A stretch of DNA of 64,000 nt from Betaproteobacteria bacterium (GCA_031417735.1 JANOWE010000174.1:2358-66357); one strand, 5' to 3'. Shown: positions 17,455 to 27,776, counted from the stretch's first letter. Notes: generated by a model from the letters alone, not told the origin. Numbers and translations: made by a program.

Positions 17455-18600
17455 ATGCCCGCCCATCCTGTCCTTGCATCGCCATTGACCCTGGCCTTCG
17501 AGCAGTGGCTGCAACACCAGCAACTTCGCGGCCGGCTGCGGCTGGCCTCGTCGCAGGCCGTTTACCGGTCGATATGGGGTGCGCTCACCGATTGGTGCGG
17601 CCAGCAACAGCCGCCGTTGCGTCGCCTGGCCAGGCTCGACGCACCAACGATGCTGGCCTATGTCGGCTCGCGCGACACCGCCGCACGCAATGGCCAGGCC
17701 TTGACGGCGCGCTACCAGGCCCGGTTGCTGCGCCTGGTGGCGCGGGTCCAGCACCACGCCGCTGAGCTGGCCGCGGCACAACAGCGCGCCGACCTGGCGC
17801 AGTTGCCAACGCAGCCCCGCCCCAACCCACGACCGATGGCGGCCTCGCTCGCGCTGGGCGTCATCCGCGACGACGCCCCCAACCCGCCGGAACACCTGGG
17901 GCCAGAAGCCGCGCTGAAACTGCAGCAATGGCTGCAGTCCACGCCAGCCGAGCCCGCGTTGCGCTGGCAGGACCAACGCGACCGCTGCGCCTGCGCGCTG
18001 CAGCTGGGCGCCGGCCTGGGCCCGGGCGATCTGCGCGCACTGCGCTTGGGCGATGTGTGGTGGCAGCCCCTCCAGGCCGATGCCCTGGCCGAGCAGGATA
18101 TGAGCCTGTTGCTGCGCCCCGGCCTGTCACCGGCCGACCAAGCGCTCGCCCCAACGGCCCTGGCCGATCTTGCCGCCAGCACCCTGCCCTGGGCCCTGCA
18201 GGTGTCCGCCAACGGCAACGCACCGGCCCATCTGGCGCCACTGCCACCCTGGGCGGCGCGCCTGCTGGCGCAGTGGTTGACGCAGCGCCAGGCGCTGGCC
18301 ATGCCCGGCCCGGTGCTGCTGCCGTCCACCCGCAGTGGCAAGCCCTGGGGCAAGGTGGCGCAGTACAACGCCAGCCTGGCGGTGCTGCAGGCGGCCGGAT
18401 TGCCCAGCCGTCGCGCTGGGGGTTCGTTCCGCCTGCGCCACAGCTTTGCGCTGCAGCAGCTGGCGCTGGGCCATGCGCCGGAACTGGTGGCCCGCTGGCT
18501 GGGCGTGGCCGACCCGGCGGTGATGGCACGCTACCGTCAGGCGATGCGACCCATGCCTCTCTCACCGGTCACGACAGTGCCACCAGAGTCCCGCCGATGA
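17455..18600 (+). CDS. Tyrosine recombinase/integrase-family protein with degenerate catalytic residues
   Basis: Box I RDRCACALQLGAGLGPGDL (Arg to Gly); box II SFRLRHSF...LG-V...MARY (His to Phe, His to Val; Arg and Tyr retained). Confidence 0.75.
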   Translation: MPAHPVLASPLTLAFEQWLQHQQLRGRLRLASSQAVYRSIWGALTDWCGQQQPPLRRLARLDAPTMLAYVGSRDTAARNGQALTARYQARLLRLVARVQHHAAELAAAQQRADLAQLPTQPRPNPRPMAASLALGVIRDDAPNPPEHLGPEAALKLQQWLQSTPAEPALRWQDQRDRCACALQLGAGLGPGDLRALRLGDVWWQPLQADALAEQDMSLLLRPGLSPADQALAPTALADLAASTLPWALQVSANGNAPAHLAPLPPWAARLLAQWLTQRQALAMPGPVLLPSTRSGKPWGKVAQYNASLAVLQAAGLPSRRAGGSFRLRHSFALQQLALGHAPELVARWLGVADPAVMARYRQAMRPMPLSPVTTVPPESRR

Positions 18601-18822
18601 ACCACGCCCATCACCGGCCCGACCAGGTCGACACTGTGGTGCTGGGCGTCGGCCTGTTCTGGCTCGCCGGCCAGGGTGGCTATGGCATGCAGAGCGCCGA
18701 CGGCGCGGCGCGGCTGGCCGCCGCGCTGCCGCTGGGACAGCCGCTGCCCGATGACCTGCTGCAAACCGAACTCAATCTGCCGGCCCTGCTGGGCCCGGCG
18801 CGCTGCCGGGCTCGATGCTGGC

Positions 18823-20436
18823 TCAGGCGGTGCGCTTGCGTGCGGGCGCGCGACGCGGCGCCGCGTCGCCCACCAGGTTCAGCGTGGCCGCCTTGGCAGC
18901 AGTCTTGCGGCGCGATGCTGGCGTGGCCGCGGCAGCGATGGCCTTGCGGGGCCGGGCCGCCCTCGCCACCTTCGCAGCAACGGCCACAGGCGCCGCCAGC
19001 GCCGCTGCCGGTTCGGCCTCGATCGCACGGGCCAGCACCAGCAGTTCCTGGTGCGCCGCCAGCAGCGCGTCGGCCAGGTCGGCGATATCGGGTACCGCGC
19101 GGCGGCAGCCGATCAGGCCATAGTCGAGCCGGCCGTTGTAGCTCTGCACGGTGACGTTCAGCGCCATGCCATGGGCCGGGATCGACACCGGGTAGTAGCT
19201 GATGATCCTGGCGCCGGCAAAGTACAGCTGGGCCTGCACGCCGGGCACGTTGGAGATCACCACATTGGCCAGCGGCGGCAGCACATTGGCCAGCCGCGAG
19301 CGGCCGTAAAGCGAGGCCAGGCCCGACATCAGCCAGGGCGCGGCCAGCATCGGAAAGTCGGTCGGGATCGCCGACTTGACCCGGCTCAACATCGACTTGG
19401 TGTGGCGCGAGCCGGCGGCAATGGCCTGCAGGCGCTGCAGCGGGTCGGCCACGTCGGTGGCCAGGGTCATGGTCACCATGCTGACCTGGTTGTTGGCGCT
19501 GTCGTCGCCCTCGGCGCGCAGGCTCACCGGTACCGCGGCCGACAAGGCGCGCTCGGGCAGCTCGCGGTGGCCCAAAAAGTAGCCGCGCAACGCGCCGGCC
19601 ACGCTGGCCATGACCACATCATTGAGCGACACGCCGCAGCGCTTGGCGATCTCCTTCGCCTCGGCCAGCGGCACGGTGCGCGCGGCAAAGCGGCGCTGGT
19701 TGGTGATGGCCACGTTCATCGAGGTGCGCGGGGCCAGGAACTTCATGTCACGCCGCAGCAGCCAGGCGCGTTTGCCCTGCTCATCCTTCTCGGGCAGCAA
19801 CAGGCTCTTGGCTGCGCGGGTGATGGCCGGCAGCGCCTTGACCAATTTGACGACCTGGAGCGCGGTGTTGCTCAGCGCCGCGCCCAGCAACTCGGCCACG
19901 CCCAGCTGGTACTGGTTGCGGCGCAGCCTGGCGCGCGGCGGCTTGATGCGCCGGCCCTCGGCCACGGTGTCCATGATCGCCCGGGCCAGCGCCACACCGG
20001 CCTGGCCGTCCAGGCGCGAATGGTGAACCTTGATGTACAGCGCCACCTCGCCGCTGCGCAGCCCGTCGATGATGAAGAATTCCCACAGCGGGCGGCTGCG
20101 GTCCAGCAAGGTGGAATGCAGCCGCGCCACATACTGCTGCAGTTGGCTGTTGCTGCCCGGCTTGGGCAGGGTGATGTGGCGAATGTGGTGCTCGAGGTCG
20201 ATGTCCTCGTCCTCGACCCAGACCGGGTTGGACAGGTCAAACGGCATCAGTGCGAGCTTGCGCGTGAACACATCGGCCAGGTGCAGGCGTTCGGCCAGGC
20301 AGGCCTTGACGTCCTCGAAGAAGTCGCCGCTGTAGTTCGGCGGCAGTTCCAGCACATTGAGCGAGCCCACATGCATGGGCATTTCGGGCGACTCCAGGTG
20401 AAGAAAGGCCGCGTCTATGCCGCTGAGGTGGTTCAT
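18823..20436 (-). CDS. Wax ester synthase/diacylglycerol acyltransferase (WS/DGAT) with basic Ala/Lys/Arg-rich tail
   Basis: LSGIDAAFLHLE; PMHVG; LDRSRPLWE; catalytic HHSRLDG; SNVPG; LNVTVQSY. Confidence 0.93.
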   Translation of the reverse strand: MNHLSGIDAAFLHLESPEMPMHVGSLNVLELPPNYSGDFFEDVKACLAERLHLADVFTRKLALMPFDLSNPVWVEDEDIDLEHHIRHITLPKPGSNSQLQQYVARLHSTLLDRSRPLWEFFIIDGLRSGEVALYIKVHHSRLDGQAGVALARAIMDTVAEGRRIKPPRARLRRNQYQLGVAELLGAALSNTALQVVKLVKALPAITRAAKSLLLPEKDEQGKRAWLLRRDMKFLAPRTSMNVAITNQRRFAARTVPLAEAKEIAKRCGVSLNDVVMASVAGALRGYFLGHRELPERALSAAVPVSLRAEGDDSANNQVSMVTMTLATDVADPLQRLQAIAAGSRHTKSMLSRVKSAIPTDFPMLAAPWLMSGLASLYGRSRLANVLPPLANVVISNVPGVQAQLYFAGARIISYYPVSIPAHGMALNVTVQSYNGRLDYGLIGCRRAVPDIADLADALLAAHQELLVLARAIEAEPAAALAAPVAVAAKVARAARPRKAIAAAATPASRRKTAAKAATLNLVGDAAPRRAPARKRTA

Positions 20437-20649
20437 GGTCTGTCCCTGTGTCGCGCTGAAAGCAGGCCCGCATTATGCGAAACCGAGTCAAGGGCATGGG
20501 TAACGCAGCAGGCAGACCTCGGCGCGGGTGGCGCCGTGCAGGCAGCGTGACCCTTCGTCCTACCGGTGGACAGGGCGCGCGCTGACCGGGGCCGGGGTCC
20601 ACGCGCCGTCCAATCTGTGCATGAACAATTTCATGCCATCCGCATCGCC

Positions 20650-20673
20650 GGCGGGCCTGCATGCAGGCCCGCC
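20650..20673. promoter_or_regulatory. Perfect 24-bp palindrome GGCGGGCCTGCATGCAGGCCCGCC in the divergent intergenic region
   Basis: Read directly from the sequence. The half-site GCAGGCCCGC recurs at 20462-20471. Confidence 0.4.
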
Positions 20674-20680
20674 CTTCCTC

Positions 20681-21532
20681 ATGAACACCGCAGCCAACTC
20701 CAGCACCAGCCCACCTCAGCGGGTGGCCTGGCAGCAGGCCGCCCGCGTCGAATCCGAGGTCGACTGCACGCTGCACTACCAGGTGGACGGGCCCACCGAC
20801 GGCCTGTTCCTGATCCACGCGCTGCAAGGCATGGACCAGCAGGTGCTGACTGAATCGCTGGAGGTGACGCCCTTGCTGGCGACGCGTGTGATCGTGGACC
20901 CCAGCCTTCAGCACCGTTTCATCCGGCTGCGCGCCGAGGCTGGCGAGTTCACGCTGCGCTACCGCGCCACCGTGAGCCGCGTTGTCGAGGCCTTCGACCC
21001 CCACGCCCGGCTGGTGCCGATCGCCGAGTTGCCCGATAAGCTGCTGCACAACCTGATGCCCACGCGCTATTGCGAATCCGACCTGATGAGCCGCACCGCA
21101 GCCAAGCTGTTCGGCGGTGTCAGGCCCGGTGCACCACAGGTCATGGCGGTGGTGGATTGGATAGGCCAGAACATCGACTACCAGCCCGGCTCTACCCAGA
21201 GCTTTTCCACCGCACAGGACGTGTACCTCCAGCGCGCCGGCGTTTGCCGCGACTTTGCCCATCTGGCCATCACTTTCTGCCGCGCCCTGAACATTCCGGC
21301 ACGGCTGGCGGCGGGCTATTCACCGTTCGACAACCCACCGCCCGACTTTCATGCCCTGTTCGAGGCCTACGTTGGCGACCGCTGGGTGATGTTCGACCCC
21401 ACCCGAATGGCCCCGCCCGAGCATCTGGTGCGCATCGCCAGCGGCCGCGACGCCAAGGACGTGGCCTTCGCCACGCTGTTCGGGCCGGCGCGCATGCTGG
21501 ACATGGCGCCAGAGGTGCGGCCGGCGCGCTGA
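20681..21532 (+). CDS. Transglutaminase-like family protein
   Basis: Triad GVCRDFAH (Cys), DFHALFE (His), FDPT (Asp); PTRYCESD. Start uncertain (20621 possible). Confidence 0.88.
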   Translation: MNTAANSSTSPPQRVAWQQAARVESEVDCTLHYQVDGPTDGLFLIHALQGMDQQVLTESLEVTPLLATRVIVDPSLQHRFIRLRAEAGEFTLRYRATVSRVVEAFDPHARLVPIAELPDKLLHNLMPTRYCESDLMSRTAAKLFGGVRPGAPQVMAVVDWIGQNIDYQPGSTQSFSTAQDVYLQRAGVCRDFAHLAITFCRALNIPARLAAGYSPFDNPPPDFHALFEAYVGDRWVMFDPTRMAPPEHLVRIASGRDAKDVAFATLFGPARMLDMAPEVRPAR

Positions 21533-21536
21533 GCGC

Positions 21537-23093
21537 TCAGCCCGGCACAAAGACGTTGCGCTGGCCATCGTGGCTCACACGGCCGCGCCGGCCGACGAAG
21601 TCCTCGCGCTGCATCGCATCCCACAACCCGGTATCGGTCGGCGTGTTGGCGATGAAACGGCTGCCGTCGTCCAGTGTGCCAATCACCAGCGCGCCGTTGG
21701 CGCCCTGCGCGCCATGGCTGACGGTGCAGGTTCCAAGCGTCGCCGGCCCCTGTGCCAATTCGGTGAACGCCGGACGGGGCAGCCGGTCCAGTTCGGCCTG
21801 CCCCAGCGCCGGGTCTTGCCGCGCGAACGGCCGCTCGGGCGGCCGGGTTGAATAGACCCCCGCCGAATGCTTGGTCAGGTAGTTGCCATTGGCGGTGACC
21901 AGGCCGAAGCTGCCCGGCGCGGCGCGCAGGCGCTGAACCATCTGCGCGATGGCGTGGCTGACGTAGTTGTTGCCCGGCCCGCCAAAGTAGGGCAGGCCGC
22001 CGGTGACGGTCAGGCCGCGCGGGTCGTCCGGCGCCAGGCCCAGTGCGTCGCAGGCCACCGACACGGCGCAGGCAAAGCAGCTGTAGATGTCGAACAGCTC
22101 GATGTCGGGCAGGGCCACGCCAGCCATCGCCATGGCCTGCGCGAACACCTGCTTCATGGCCGGTGAATGGTGCAGTGCGGCACGCTCGCTGACAAACCAG
22201 TGATCATGTGCGTCGGCACAGCCATGCAGGTAGACCCAGCGGTCCTGCGCGATGCCCAGTTGCCGCGCCTGCGCCACGCTGGTCAACAGCAGGGCTGCGC
22301 TCTGGTCGATGTAGGCGTTGGCGCACATCAGCCGGGTGTAGGGGTGGGCAATCATCGGGTTGCCGGGCGCAGCGGTGGTGATCTGTTCGGCGCTGTAGCC
22401 CGCGCGCCGGTCGGCCAGCGGGTTGGCAGCGGCCACCGCCGCAAAGCGGGCCAGCAGTGCGCCCATCGCGACCTGGTGCTCGGCCAGGCTCAAGCCCCGA
22501 GACGCGCGCAGCGCATGTTCGATCAACGGGTACATGGCGATGGCCGCACGTGCGCCATGGCGGTCTTCGGCGTCCGACCAGCCGCGCCTGTCAACGCCCC
22601 AGGAGGTGGCGCTGCCGCCCGCAGCGTCGGCCCAGTCCAGCGCCACGCCGCCGCGCACCGCAGCCTTTTGCGTGGCCAGGGCTTCGGCACCGACCACCAG
22701 CGCGGCGCCGACCTCGCCCCGCGCCACGCCTTCGGCCAGGCGGTTGATGCACCACTGCGGCATGTTGCCGCCGGCCTGGGTGTAGACGAATTGCCGCGCC
22801 TGCGTGGCGCCCAGGCGCTGCGCGATCGACTTGGGCGGGTTGCTCGAACCACCGAAGGGGCAGACAAAGCGGTGGCTGGTGTGGGCAAACTGGCGGATCA
22901 CGACCACGCTGTCCAGCGCCTGCAACAAGGCGGGTCCGGCGCCGCTGTCGTCTGCCGCCGCGCGGGCGGCAGCGGCCATCAGGTCCAGCGGCGACAGCGC
23001 GGCGCGCGGGTCAGGTTCGCGCTGGTTGATCTGGCCGCAACCCACCAGCACCGGCATGCGCTCGTCGCCGCCGGGGCTGGTGACCACGCTCAC
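21537..23093 (-). CDS. Thiolase-like protein (acetyl-CoA acetyltransferase family, TLP1-type with C-terminal extension)
   Basis: PVLVGCGQ; DIYSCF; LTVTGGLPYFGGPGNNY; ANGNYLTKHSAGVYS. GTG start overlaps the upstream stop. Confidence 0.8.
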   Translation of the reverse strand: MSVVTSPGGDERMPVLVGCGQINQREPDPRAALSPLDLMAAAARAAADDSGAGPALLQALDSVVVIRQFAHTSHRFVCPFGGSSNPPKSIAQRLGATQARQFVYTQAGGNMPQWCINRLAEGVARGEVGAALVVGAEALATQKAAVRGGVALDWADAAGGSATSWGVDRRGWSDAEDRHGARAAIAMYPLIEHALRASRGLSLAEHQVAMGALLARFAAVAAANPLADRRAGYSAEQITTAAPGNPMIAHPYTRLMCANAYIDQSAALLLTSVAQARQLGIAQDRWVYLHGCADAHDHWFVSERAALHHSPAMKQVFAQAMAMAGVALPDIELFDIYSCFACAVSVACDALGLAPDDPRGLTVTGGLPYFGGPGNNYVSHAIAQMVQRLRAAPGSFGLVTANGNYLTKHSAGVYSTRPPERPFARQDPALGQAELDRLPRPAFTELAQGPATLGTCTVSHGAQGANGALVIGTLDDGSRFIANTPTDTGLWDAMQREDFVGRRGRVSHDGQRNVFVPG

Positions 23094-23869
23094 TTCCCGG
23101 TCCAGCGCGGTGCGCGCTTCTCGATGAAGGCCAGCGGGCCTTCCCTGTAATCCTCGCTGGCCATCACCGCCTGCTGGGCCTGGCCCGACAGGGCACGCAG
23201 GCCGGCGTCGTCCAGGTCCAGCGCCTGTTTGGCCACCCTCAGGCTTTCACGCACCGCCACCGGCGCGTTGACGGTGATGCGCGCGGCCAGCGCCTGGGCG
23301 GCGGCCAGCAGGCCCTCGGGCTCGGCCAGCGCGTTGACCAGGCCGAGCTGCAGCGCACGCTCGGCCGAAATCGGCTCGCCGGTCAGGATCATCTCCAGCG
23401 CCAGGGCCTGCGGCAGCGCGCGTGGCAGGCGGTACAGACCACCGGCCGAGGCGACCAGGCCACGCTTGACCTCGGGCAGGCCGAAGCGCGCCGTGGGCAC
23501 CGCCACGCGCAGCTCGCAGGCCAGCGCGATCTCACAGCCGCCGGCCAGCGCCGGGCCGTTGATGGCGGCGATCCAGGGCTTGCGGCGTGTGGCGTGGACA
23601 AAGCCGGCAAAGCCGCCGCGTTCGGTGCGCAGGCCCTGGCCCTGGCCGCTGGAGACCGCCTTCAGATCGGCGCCGGCGCAGAACGCCGCGTCGCCGCTGC
23701 CGGTCAGGATCACCAGCCAGACATCGTCGTCGGCCTCGGTGGCATCGATCGCCGCCTCCAGCCCCTGCGCCACATCGCCATTGACGGCATTGCGCGCCTC
23801 GGGCCGGTTCAGCGTGACCAGGGCGACATGGTCGGGCAGGCGTTCAAGGGTGACGGCGGTGCTGGTCAT
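23090..23869 (-). CDS. Enoyl-CoA hydratase/isomerase (crotonase)
   Basis: [10 protein letters not shown]; FCAGADLK; ALAGGCE; FGLPEVKRG; FIEKRAPRW. Confidence 0.93.
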   Translation of the reverse strand: MTSTAVTLERLPDHVALVTLNRPEARNAVNGDVAQGLEAAIDATEADDDVWLVILTGSGDAAFCAGADLKAVSSGQGQGLRTERGGFAGFVHATRRKPWIAAINGPALAGGCEIALACELRVAVPTARFGLPEVKRGLVASAGGLYRLPRALPQALALEMILTGEPISAERALQLGLVNALAEPEGLLAAAQALAARITVNAPVAVRESLRVAKQALDLDDAGLRALSGQAQQAVMASEDYREGPLAFIEKRAPRWTGK

Positions 23870-23992
23870 GGTGGACTTTCTGGCTGCACAAGGTGGCAGC
23901 TATCCTAGTGCAGGCCAGGCAAGTACCAAGTTCCCAGCGGGCGCTCGCTGCATAGACTGTGGCGCAGCACAACCCGGCAAGCGACAAAGCCC

Positions 23993-25921
23993 ATGACCGC
24001 CAGCGCCCACCTGCTCGACCGATTGATCGGCGCCGAATTGCCCCGCTTCACCAGCGCCGCCGATGTCGCCGCCTTCGAGGCGCAGGCGCCCTGGTCCGAG
24101 CGGGTGGCCGCGGCCAGCACCTACGAGGCCCTGCGCCTGGGCGCGGCGCTGGACCCGCACGCGCCGGCACTGATCTTCCTGCCCGACGCCGACCCCGACG
24201 CGCCGCCGCACAGCTGGACCCATGGCCAGTTCTTCGGCCAGCTGACCCAGGCCGGCAACCTGTTCCACAGCCTGGGCGTGGGCGCCGGTGATGTCGTCAG
24301 CCTGCTGCTGCCGCTGCTGCCACAGGCCTTCGTCGCGCTGTACGGCGCGCAGGCGGTGGGCGTGGCCAATCCGGTCAACGCCATGCTCTCGGCCGCACAG
24401 CTGGCGGGCATCCTGCAGGCTGCGGGCACGCGGGTGCTGGTCACCCTGGGCACCGGCAGCGACGCCGGCGACGAACTGTGGCGCAAGTTGCAGACGGTGC
24501 TGCCGCAGTTGCCTGCGCTGCGCCATGTGCTGGTGGTGGGCGGGGCCGCGCCCGATGTGGCCAGCTTCGACAGGGCCCCCACAGTGCAGGACTTTGACGC
24601 GGCATTGGCGCAGCAGCCCGCTGACCGGCTGCTCAGCGGTCGATCGCCCTTGGCCACCGACATTGCCGGTTATTTTCACACCGGCGGCACCACCGGCACG
24701 CCCAAGCTGGTGCGCCACCGCCCTGGCCAGCAGGTCTACCAGGCCTGGGCGCTGCGGCTGATGGGCCTGGGTCGGCCCGGCCGCGCGGTGCTGTTCGGCC
24801 TGCCGCTGTTCCATGTCGGCGGTGCGCTGACCCAGGGCCTGGCCACGCTGGCCAACGGCGGCCATGTGGTGGTGCTGTCGGCGGCCGGCTGGCGCCACCC
24901 GCAGGCGGTGCGCAACATCTGGCGCCTGGTGCAGCGCTACCGGCCAGCGCTCCTGGGTGGCGTGCCCACGGTGCTGGGCGGGGTGCTGCAGGTGCCGGTG
25001 GCTGAGGCCGACATCAGCAGCCTGGAACTGGCCTCGGCCGGCGGCTCGGCGATTCCGCTGGCGGTGATTCAGGCCTGTGAAGAGCGCCTGCACCTGCCGG
25101 TGCTGCAGGTCTACGGCATGACCGAGACCGCCAGCGTGCAGACCATGAGCTACCCGGACCGGCCGCGCCAGGCCGGCGCCAGCGGCTGGCCGCTGCCCTA
25201 CAGCCGCACCCGGGTGCTGCGTGCGGACGCCCTGCCCGGCCTGGTGCAGGACTGCGCGCCCGATGAAATCGGCGTGGTGGCCATGGCCGGCCCCGGCTGC
25301 TTCGACGGCTACCGCAGCGAGCAGCACAACGTCGGCGCCTTCGTCGAGCCGGGCTGGGTCAACTCGGGCGATCTGGGCCGGCTGGACGCCGATGGCGCGC
25401 TGTGGCTGACCGGCCGCGCCAAGGACCTGATCATCCGCGGCGGCCACAACATCGACCCCGCGCCGCTGGAAGAGCTGCTCTACCAGCACCCGGCCGTGCT
25501 GCTGGCCGCGCTGGTGGGCCAGCCCGACGCCCATGCCGGCGAGCTGCCGGTGGCCTATGTGCAGCTCAAGCCCGGTCAGCAGGTCGAGCCGTCAGCGCTG
25601 ATCAGCTACCTGCGTGAACACACGCCCGAGCGCGCGGCCGTGCCAGTGGCGCTGCACTTTGTCGACCCCATGCCGCTGACGGCGGTGGGCAAGATCTTCA
25701 AGCCCGCGTTGCGCGATGACGCGGCGCGCCGGGTGGTTGAGGCCCTGCTGCGTGGCGCGCTGGGCGGGCAGGGCTGGACCTTGTCGCTGCTGGCCGACGC
25801 CCGCCAGGGCCAGCTGCTGCGCGTGGTGCTGGCGGCTGCGCCGGGGCCGCAGCGCCAGGCCCAGCAGGCGGCCATTGCCCAGGTGCTGGGACCGCTGACG
25901 CTGGCGCACGAGGTGGTCTAG
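23993..25921 (+). CDS. Acyl-CoA synthetase (AMP-binding, long form)
   Basis: P-loop [11 protein letters not shown]; YGMTET; SGDLG; [13 protein letters not shown]; TAVGKIFKP. Confidence 0.93.
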   Translation: MTASAHLLDRLIGAELPRFTSAADVAAFEAQAPWSERVAAASTYEALRLGAALDPHAPALIFLPDADPDAPPHSWTHGQFFGQLTQAGNLFHSLGVGAGDVVSLLLPLLPQAFVALYGAQAVGVANPVNAMLSAAQLAGILQAAGTRVLVTLGTGSDAGDELWRKLQTVLPQLPALRHVLVVGGAAPDVASFDRAPTVQDFDAALAQQPADRLLSGRSPLATDIAGYFHTGGTTGTPKLVRHRPGQQVYQAWALRLMGLGRPGRAVLFGLPLFHVGGALTQGLATLANGGHVVVLSAAGWRHPQAVRNIWRLVQRYRPALLGGVPTVLGGVLQVPVAEADISSLELASAGGSAIPLAVIQACEERLHLPVLQVYGMTETASVQTMSYPDRPRQAGASGWPLPYSRTRVLRADALPGLVQDCAPDEIGVVAMAGPGCFDGYRSEQHNVGAFVEPGWVNSGDLGRLDADGALWLTGRAKDLIIRGGHNIDPAPLEELLYQHPAVLLAALVGQPDAHAGELPVAYVQLKPGQQVEPSALISYLREHTPERAAVPVALHFVDPMPLTAVGKIFKPALRDDAARRVVEALLRGALGGQGWTLSLLADARQGQLLRVVLAAAPGPQRQAQQAAIAQVLGPLTLAHEVV

Positions 25922-25948
25922 CCTGGCCAACCCGGCGGCTGGCCGGGG

Positions 25949-26371
25949 CTATTTGGCAAACACCTGGCTGCGGTCGGCAAAGGCCTTGAATTCCAGCGCA
26001 TTGCCCGAGGGGTCGAGAAAAAACATCGTCGCCTGCTCGCCCACTTCGCCGGCAAAGCGCACATGCGGTTCGATGATGAAGCGCGTGCCGGCGGCCTTCA
26101 GTTTGGCGGCCAGCGCTTGCCAGTGCGGCAGGTCCAGGATGGCGCCGAAATGGCGCACCGGCACGGCGTCGCCATCAACCTCGCCGGTGGGCGCGGCGCG
26201 GCATTCTTCGGGCGCCAGATGGGCCACGATCTGGTGGCCATGGAAGTCGAAGTCAACCCAGTTCGGGCTGCTGCGGCCTTCGGGGCAGCCCAGCAGGCCG
26301 CCGTAGAAGCCGCGCGCTTCGGCGATGTCGCGCACGGGAAAGGCCAGGTGGAACAGGGCGTTGGTGGTCAT
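25949..26371 (-). CDS. VOC/glyoxalase-family protein, 140 aa
   Basis: FHLAFPV; WVDFDFHGHQIVAH; PVRHFG; FFLDPSGNALEFKAF. Confidence 0.9.
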   Translation of the reverse strand: MTTNALFHLAFPVRDIAEARGFYGGLLGCPEGRSSPNWVDFDFHGHQIVAHLAPEECRAAPTGEVDGDAVPVRHFGAILDLPHWQALAAKLKAAGTRFIIEPHVRFAGEVGEQATMFFLDPSGNALEFKAFADRSQVFAK

Positions 26372-26494
26372 GGTGTGGGCTTGAGGCAGAGTCTGTGCGG
26401 CATTCTGCCGCGCAGCCCACAGGGCTGACCAGCGCATCGCTGCAGCGGGCCATGGCCTTGACGCCACGGCGGCGGGGCTGTGAGAGCATGGGCC

Positions 26495-27715
26495 ATGACC
26501 CGATCGCACGATGTTGTTGTCTACGGCGCCACCGGTTTCACCGGCCGCCTGGTGGCCGAGGCGCTGTTGCAACAGCAGTCGAACAACCCCGGCCTGCGCT
26601 GGGCCTTGGCCGGCCGCAGCCTGGACAAGCTGGCCGCCGTGCGCACAGAGATCGGCGCGCCGGCGTCGCTGCCCTTGATCGCCGCCGACGCCAACGACCC
26701 GGCGGCCATGCAGCAACTGGCCGGATCCACCCGCGTGGTGATCACCACCGTGGGCCCCTACCAACTGCACGGCCAGGCCCTGGTCTCGGCCTGCGCGAAC
26801 GCCGGCACCGACTATGTCGACCTCTGCGGCGAACCGCTGTGGATGGCGCAGATGATCGACCAGTTGCAGGCGCCGGCCCAGGCCAGCGGCGCGCGCATCG
26901 TCTTTTCCTGCGGCTTTGATTCGATTCCGTTTGACCTCGGCGTGGTGTTCTTTCAGCAGCAGGCGCAGCAGCGCTTCGGCGCACCGGTGCAGCAGGTGCA
27001 TGGCCGCGTGCGGCGCATGAAGGGCGGGCTGTCGGGCGGCACCGCCGCCAGCGCGCTGGCCACCTTTGCGAGCGCCGCCACCGACAAGAGCCAGGCCCGC
27101 TTGCTGGCCAACCCGTTTGCGCTGACGCCGGGTTTTCAGGGCCCGCCGCAGCCCGATGCTGAATCGGCCGCCTACGACGCCTTGGCCCGCTGCTGGACCG
27201 GCCCCTTCGTGATGGCCACCATCAACACCAAGAACGTGCACCGCAGCAACGCTCTGCGCGGCCACCCCTGGGGCCGCGACTTCCTGTACGACGAGCGTCT
27301 GATGACCGGCCGCGGCGCCATCGGCGCGCTGGCCGCTCAGGCCCTGGCCACCGCCACCTGGATGCAGGGCCTGGTGATGGGCGTGGCACCCGGCCGGCGC
27401 CTGCTGCAGCGGCTGGTGCTGCCGGCACCTGGCCAGGGCCCCGGTGCGCGTGCGCGCCGGCGTGGCCTGTTCGACCTGCGCTTTTTTGGCCAGTCAAGCG
27501 ATGGCCAGACCCTGCAGGTGGCTGTGACCGGCGACCGCGACCCCGGCTATGGCGCCACCTCACGCATGATCAGCCAGGCCGCCTTGTGCCTGCTGCACGA
27601 CATTGACCACGACGCCACGCCGGGCGGTGTCTGGACCGCCGGCTCGGCCATGGGTCTGGCCCTGCAGCGGCGCCTGGAGGCGCATGCGGGCATGCGCTTC
27701 GAGGTGGTGGGCTGA
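26495..27715 (+). CDS. Saccharopine dehydrogenase-like NAD(P)-binding oxidoreductase (trans-enoyl reductase-like)
   Basis: YGATGFTG; TTVGPY; YVDLCGE; CGFDSIPFD; DPGYGATSRM. Confidence 0.88.
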   Translation: MTRSHDVVVYGATGFTGRLVAEALLQQQSNNPGLRWALAGRSLDKLAAVRTEIGAPASLPLIAADANDPAAMQQLAGSTRVVITTVGPYQLHGQALVSACANAGTDYVDLCGEPLWMAQMIDQLQAPAQASGARIVFSCGFDSIPFDLGVVFFQQQAQQRFGAPVQQVHGRVRRMKGGLSGGTAASALATFASAATDKSQARLLANPFALTPGFQGPPQPDAESAAYDALARCWTGPFVMATINTKNVHRSNALRGHPWGRDFLYDERLMTGRGAIGALAAQALATATWMQGLVMGVAPGRRLLQRLVLPAPGQGPGARARRRGLFDLRFFGQSSDGQTLQVAVTGDRDPGYGATSRMISQAALCLLHDIDHDATPGGVWTAGSAMGLALQRRLEAHAGMRFEVVG

Positions 27716-27776
27716 GCGCCGCTCCGCAGCCAGGCTGCGGCGCCCGTAGACTGAAAAATCCTTGACGAGGTGCCCC

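Noticed and set aside
17455-18600. Prophage or ICE integrase marking an integrated element
   Set aside because: Catalytic residues are degenerate, and no phage, conjugation or tRNA att features lie nearby.
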